IMG/VR virus record: IMGVR_UViG_3300008111_000024 | DNA from: an uncultured virus (IMG/VR IMGVR_UViG_3300008111_000024) | Lineage: Duplodnaviria > Heunggongvirae > Uroviricota > Caudoviricetes | Direction: 5' to 3' (one strand) | DNA: 20,000 bases | In this document: positions 16,283 through 20,000 of the stretch, in pieces | Layout: each line of letters begins with the position of its first letter | Numbering within the stretch: the stretch's first letter is position 1 | Translations under genes and position numbers: made by a program | Notes under the pieces: generated by a model | Seen by the model: only the letters and a program-made list of their open reading frames with translations | Told to the model about the DNA's origin: nothing | Databases searched by the model: none

Positions 16283-16717
16283 ATGAATTACACAATAGGA
16301 GAAAATAGAATGACTGATATCCTTCATAAAGTTCTTACTTTAGAGTTTGAAGGATTTGATGACATATACTACAATTGGGCCGACTTTAATTGTGGTTGGG
16401 GAGTTTGTTGTGACATATACGCCATTGGGTTTACTTTACCTAAGAAAGATTATGATGATTACCTATTTAAATTGGTTGATGGTGAGGAGTATGACCCTAA
16501 CGGTAATTATGGTGAAGAACTTACAGGTGAACTACCTGAGATTTGTATGGAATCCCCTGACATAAGAGACCCTCGCTTTGATACTTATATATTCTATGAT
16601 GTATTCGTAGAACAACTTGAGAATTACTTAGGTCCTCATACTAATTGGGACCAATCATTATTGGAATTATTAAACAGGACTTACCGTACCGAAGCAACTA
16701 AGATACTATTTATTTAA
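16283..16717 (+). CDS. MKYIITE-like protein (MNYTIGE), acidic, Cys cluster (144 aa, start revised)
   Basis: TAA-T-ATG junction; NCGWGVCCD motif. Confidence 0.8.
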   Translation: MNYTIGENRMTDILHKVLTLEFEGFDDIYYNWADFNCGWGVCCDIYAIGFTLPKKDYDDYLFKLVDGEEYDPNGNYGEELTGELPEICMESPDIRDPRFDTYIFYDVFVEQLENYLGPHTNWDQSLLELLNRTYRTEATKILFI

Positions 16718-16718
16718 T

Positions 16719-17621
16719 ATGAATTACATCATTAACGAATCTCATCTTTTTATGTTGTTGGATAGTATCTTCCCTGATTTATCTGTAAAGAAAATACGCT
16801 CACAGAATCCCGCTTACGCAATTGAATCTAACGATGATGAGATGTTCCACTATGAGAACGGTTCCGTTAATGTTAATCCCGACCTTATTAAAATGATTAA
16901 TAAGTTCGCCCCTATCAGAATGACTGAAGATGTTGTTAATGTTATGGGTAAATGGATTCATAATAGAACAGGACTTAAACCAAGAGTTATTTGGATTGGT
17001 CTTAAAGAATATAATGTCGAACCTCATCTTAATGAATCGTTTGATAAGTTACGTGCCAGAAGATTAATGCACATTGCTAATGATTATTTTAATAACTTAA
17101 GTTCTAAAGATGTTTGTGACTATTGGGACTCTGACGGTGTGGATGATTACGTAACAGAAACTATGGCTGAAATGGTTCGATTTATTACTGATGATTATCC
17201 TAATGTATCTGCGGATGATTGGCACGATACCTATGAAGGAATATACGAAATGTTAGATAGTATTGGTTATTCTAATGATATTAGAGATTTCTTCTATGAA
17301 TCTCTTGATAACTGTAATAATCTTAATGAATCTATGTACCCTGATAAACCTATGAAGAAGTTTAATAGAGACAGTAACCCTGGGCCAGGTAAATACGGTA
17401 AAATGATTGAGAAATTAACTTATCAGTATTTTTCAGATATTAAAGAATCTGTCTGTGATGTTATTTGTATGAAAGCGGATAACCTTGATTCGTATATACT
17501 ATTAGTTTTATTGAATCACTCTAGAAGTGAAGTAGGTTTAGTGAGATATCTTGAGAACTTCATACCTATCGATATTATAGTATTATTTAATACGTCTTTT
17601 GGTTGTGATAAAGAAGATTAA
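16719..17621 (+). CDS. MKYIITE-family three-module protein (MNYIINE; internal LNES x2)
   Basis: 300-aa ORF; LNES at aa 104-107 and 202-205. Confidence 0.8.
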   Translation: MNYIINESHLFMLLDSIFPDLSVKKIRSQNPAYAIESNDDEMFHYENGSVNVNPDLIKMINKFAPIRMTEDVVNVMGKWIHNRTGLKPRVIWIGLKEYNVEPHLNESFDKLRARRLMHIANDYFNNLSSKDVCDYWDSDGVDDYVTETMAEMVRFITDDYPNVSADDWHDTYEGIYEMLDSIGYSNDIRDFFYESLDNCNNLNESMYPDKPMKKFNRDSNPGPGKYGKMIEKLTYQYFSDIKESVCDVICMKADNLDSYILLVLLNHSRSEVGLVRYLENFIPIDIIVLFNTSFGCDKED

Positions 17622-17634
17622 TGGAAAATTTTCT

Positions 17635-18018
17635 CTAATTTTCCTCGTTTAGTGGAAAATAATCTTCATTTTCTATCTCTTCCCCTTCTATAATGGAAAA
17701 TTCTCCTCGTAAATACTCTAAGAATACTCCTCTATCGTTCACATAAGTAATATACTCAGGGTTGTGGTACCCCGAGTTAATTAATGATATTCTTTTTTCA
17801 CATTGTAAGTACCACTTAGCTAACTTTAAAGACTTAATCATTGTCTCATACACATCTCCGAACTCGTGGTTATCGTTATACCATCCTGTCTGTGTTCCCT
17901 GATTCTTAAACTCTATCGAGAAGTTTAGATTACTCCCGTCTTTATAGTGTTCAGCGACATAATGTATATACACACCTTTCTCTTCTAATTCTTTATATGT
18001 TTCTAAGGTAACTTCCAT
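17635..18018 (-). CDS. Hypothetical protein (127 aa)
   Basis: ORF with TATTTAT 16 nt upstream. Confidence 0.75.
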   Translation of the reverse strand: MEVTLETYKELEEKGVYIHYVAEHYKDGSNLNFSIEFKNQGTQTGWYNDNHEFGDVYETMIKSLKLAKWYLQCEKRISLINSGYHNPEYITYVNDRGVFLEYLRGEFSIIEGEEIENEDYFPLNEEN

Positions 18019-18049
18019 AACTAAATGTTTAGTAATAAATATCGATACT

Positions 18050-18337
18050 TTAGTGCTTATCTTCTATATGGTTGTATTCTAACTTACAAACCCACGCATC
18101 TTCGAACTCATACATACCACAAACAGTACAGGCTTCGTCTAAGGTTTCATAGTAATTAATCTCACCTTTTTCGTTCTTCATATAGTCCATATTCCTAAGG
18201 TCTACGATAACGTACTTATGTTTCTGTTGACTTAATGTCTCCATTATCTGTCTAGTAAGACTACCTGCAGTCTTGGTCCCATCATTACTCCATCGAATAA
18301 TAAGGTCTTCTATTTGTGAATATAATTCTTTACTCAT
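18050..18337 (-). CDS. Hypothetical protein (95 aa)
   Basis: ATGA overlap with the metallophosphoesterase; CTVC motif. Confidence 0.75.
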   Translation of the reverse strand: MSKELYSQIEDLIIRWSNDGTKTAGSLTRQIMETLSQQKHKYVIVDLRNMDYMKNEKGEINYYETLDEACTVCGMYEFEDAWVCKLEYNHIEDKH

Positions 18338-19038
18338 AATCTATAACCATCTACCTCATCGTCCTTGATGACTAAATAACCATCTGTAGTTCCTAAACAA
18401 TCGATTAGTATTAAGTTTTCCTCATCTAAAATTGTTAACTCTTTTACTTGAGTGTGTCCGACAATACAGATAATACCGTCCACCATATCTTTAACTAATG
18501 ATTGAGGTCTAACCCATATTGGAGTTTGGGTAACATCATTACCACCATAACTGTAGTTATCCCCCATTGTGAACTTAAACCTGTGTATTTTGGTACGGAA
18601 CAATTCATTGACAGAATCCTGTATATTGTCCATATCTATATCGTTGTTCTTTGCCCAAGTATTAGTTAATCCCGCGTGACTGAAGAAGAACTTACCATAT
18701 TGGTAGCACATCTGTAACAATCCCTCATCTACTGCGGGTTGTAATACACTATTAATATCTTTGGCGTAACCAAACTGATAAGATGAATATGTTTCATCTA
18801 CCTTATCTAAATAATGGAAGTCGTGATTACCGATTAACAATACAACTTTATTAGGATTCTCTCTTTTAAATTCTAAAATGTCCTTAAAGTTTTCTATCTG
18901 TCGGTTGGCACTATAACCCCCATCTTTGGCATCAAAATAGTCTCCGATAAAGATAATCTTATCGGCATCATTTTCCTTCTCCACAATCTCTTTCCACTTA
19001 CTTCTTCCGTGAGTGTCTCCTAACGCAATTAATTTCAT
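18334..19038 (-). CDS. Calcineurin-like metallophosphoesterase
   Basis: All five motifs: GDTHG, GDYFD, GNHD, HAG, GHT. Confidence 0.92.
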   Translation of the reverse strand: MKLIALGDTHGRSKWKEIVEKENDADKIIFIGDYFDAKDGGYSANRQIENFKDILEFKRENPNKVVLLIGNHDFHYLDKVDETYSSYQFGYAKDINSVLQPAVDEGLLQMCYQYGKFFFSHAGLTNTWAKNNDIDMDNIQDSVNELFRTKIHRFKFTMGDNYSYGGNDVTQTPIWVRPQSLVKDMVDGIICIVGHTQVKELTILDEENLILIDCLGTTDGYLVIKDDEVDGYRL

Positions 19039-19097
19039 AACACTAATTTATAACTTTCGCACAACACTAATTACTAATTTTGATACGTGTTGATACG

Positions 19098-19129
19098 CAA
19101 ATATACGACTATATTTTGGTTTAATCAAT
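19098..19129 (-). promoter_or_regulatory. Bacteroidota-type promoter for the phosphoesterase operon
   Basis: ATTG-N20-TATATTTG on the minus strand. Confidence 0.65.
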
Positions 19130-19145
19130 ATTTTCCCTACCTTTG
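19115..19145 (+). promoter_or_regulatory. Bacteroidota primary-sigma promoter (divergent, overlapping the previous one)
   Basis: TTTG-N19-TACCTTTG. Confidence 0.7.
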
Positions 19146-19226
19146 TCATATTGAAATCTGTCGTTGTGTGGCTACCGTTCCGTAATCCCCCAACCCCCTT
19201 TTTTATTTCACATATATTTATACAGT

Positions 19227-19633
19227 ATGAAGTATATTATAACTGAGTCTAAATTAGAAAATACAATCCATAGTTATCTAACTGCATATGTTCATCCTGA
19301 TTATAATTGGGGTCCTGAATTACACGACTTCTATCTCCTGATTATAATTGGGGTCCTGAATTACACGACTTCTATCGTGAAGATGTTAAGAAATATGGTA
19401 GGTATGATTTCCTTATTAATGATGATGTAGCATATACTTATGACGGTTATCAAGGTTATGCAGATAGTGATGAAGTTGAGGAGATAGGTATACTATACAT
19501 CCTACCTTGGTTGGTTGATAAACTAACAACTTTATTTGGTAACTTTTGGCAACCCGTATTTAAAGATTGGTTTGAAGAAAATTCAGGTCTTGAAGTTAAA
19601 AAAATGATTATAGGAAATGAAGAAATTAATTAA
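19227..19633 (+). pseudogene. MKYIITE-family gene frameshifted by a 41-bp tandem duplication (possibly an assembly artefact)
   Basis: Removing one copy restores a 121-aa ORF ending LFGNFWQPVFKDWFEENSGLEVKKMIIGNEEIN. Confidence 0.8.
19295..19376 (+). repeat. Exact 41-bp tandem duplication
   Basis: TCCTGATTATAATTGGGGTCCTGAATTACACGACTTCTATC x2 (19295-19335, 19336-19376). Confidence 0.95.
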
Positions 19634-20000
19634 AAAAGTATTAAGAGAATCCACGGAAGAGTTACTTAAATATCGTAATTTATTTAACGACTTTGAAATA
19701 CCTGAAGAAGGTATTAAAGGTAACATTAATGGGGGAACCAATATAGACAACTTCTTTTGGACTTTAGTTGATATGGTGGATTATAAATCCGATGACGATT
19801 ATAAGAGAATTAATGATATTCTATTAAATATAAATAGGTTCGGTGGTGTTCCTGCAGAAAAGATACTTGCATTGGCTAAAGTACTTAATTACAAATGTAA
19901 AGCAATCGATAATAAATGGGGTGACGATATCCGAGGAGTTGGTGACGATAGTTGGTCAGACCTTAAATCTGACATTGTATCTCGTGGGAAAGAATATTAC
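19617..20000 (+). CDS. Leader-bearing (MKKLIKKVLRE) protein, DUF4240-like, runs off the window (not in ORF track)
   Basis: Open frame of 128 codons; FFWTLVD...GDDSWSDLKSDIVSRGKEYY resembles the DUF4240 FW...SDD.F..FR..LI..G pattern. Confidence 0.65.
   Translation, partial: MKKLIKKVLRESTEELLKYRNLFNDFEIPEEGIKGNINGGTNIDNFFWTLVDMVDYKSDDDYKRINDILLNINRFGGVPAEKILALAKVLNYKCKAIDNKWGDDIRGVGDDSWSDLKSDIVSRGKEYY

Noticed and set aside
3499..17027. Shadow ORFs 3499, 5038, 5186, 5570, 6683, 8040, 8874, 8932, 14421, 15040, 16107, 16347, 16800
   Set aside because: They lie antisense or out of frame within better supported genes and have no expression signals.
19295..19376. Mini-CRISPR or DGR template/variable repeat
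   Set aside because: Two abutting identical copies with no spacer, no adenine-specific mismatches and no reverse transcriptase in the window.
1..20000. Stop-codon reassignment as seen in some large phages
   Set aside because: Genes tile densely under the standard code, and TAG and TGA both occur as sensible stops (1318, 17635; 3489, 12271, 18334).

Overview
AT-rich, gene-dense DNA that reads as part of a large (jumbo/T4-like-scale) tailed phage probably infecting Bacteroidota. The evidence is Bacteroidota-type TTTG-N19/20-TAnnTTTG promoters, no Shine-Dalgarno pattern, a lipoprotein, a small holin-like protein and a peptidoglycan-binding protein; no capsid, terminase or polymerase hallmark gene is in the window, so the phage call is inferred. 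Layout: (i) 1-9.9 kb, mostly minus-strand terminator-promoter-gene modules; (ii) about 9.9-11.9 kb, a largely non-coding strand-switch region with DnaA-box clusters, TGACA-N3-TGTCA palindromes, G-tracts, GNA-loop hairpins and a 48-N assembly gap (origin or genome-end candidate); (iii) 11.9-17.6 kb, a tightly coupled operon of 13 genes; (iv) a metallophosphoesterase operon and two more leader-bearing genes. The most interesting signal is about 20 proteins that carry short conserved N-terminal leaders (MKYIITE, MNLQEQISRIQSMM..[LI]xE, MKKLIKKVLRE and others). Most end in [ILV]-x-E, the T4-type prohead-protease site, and they are fused to divergent ~100-aa bodies or to recognisable enzymes; one 300-aa ORF contains three ~100-aa modules joined by internal LNES sites. 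My hypothesis is an expandable arsenal of capsid-packaged, protease-matured injected proteins. All family assignments are by eye from motifs; no database searches were run.
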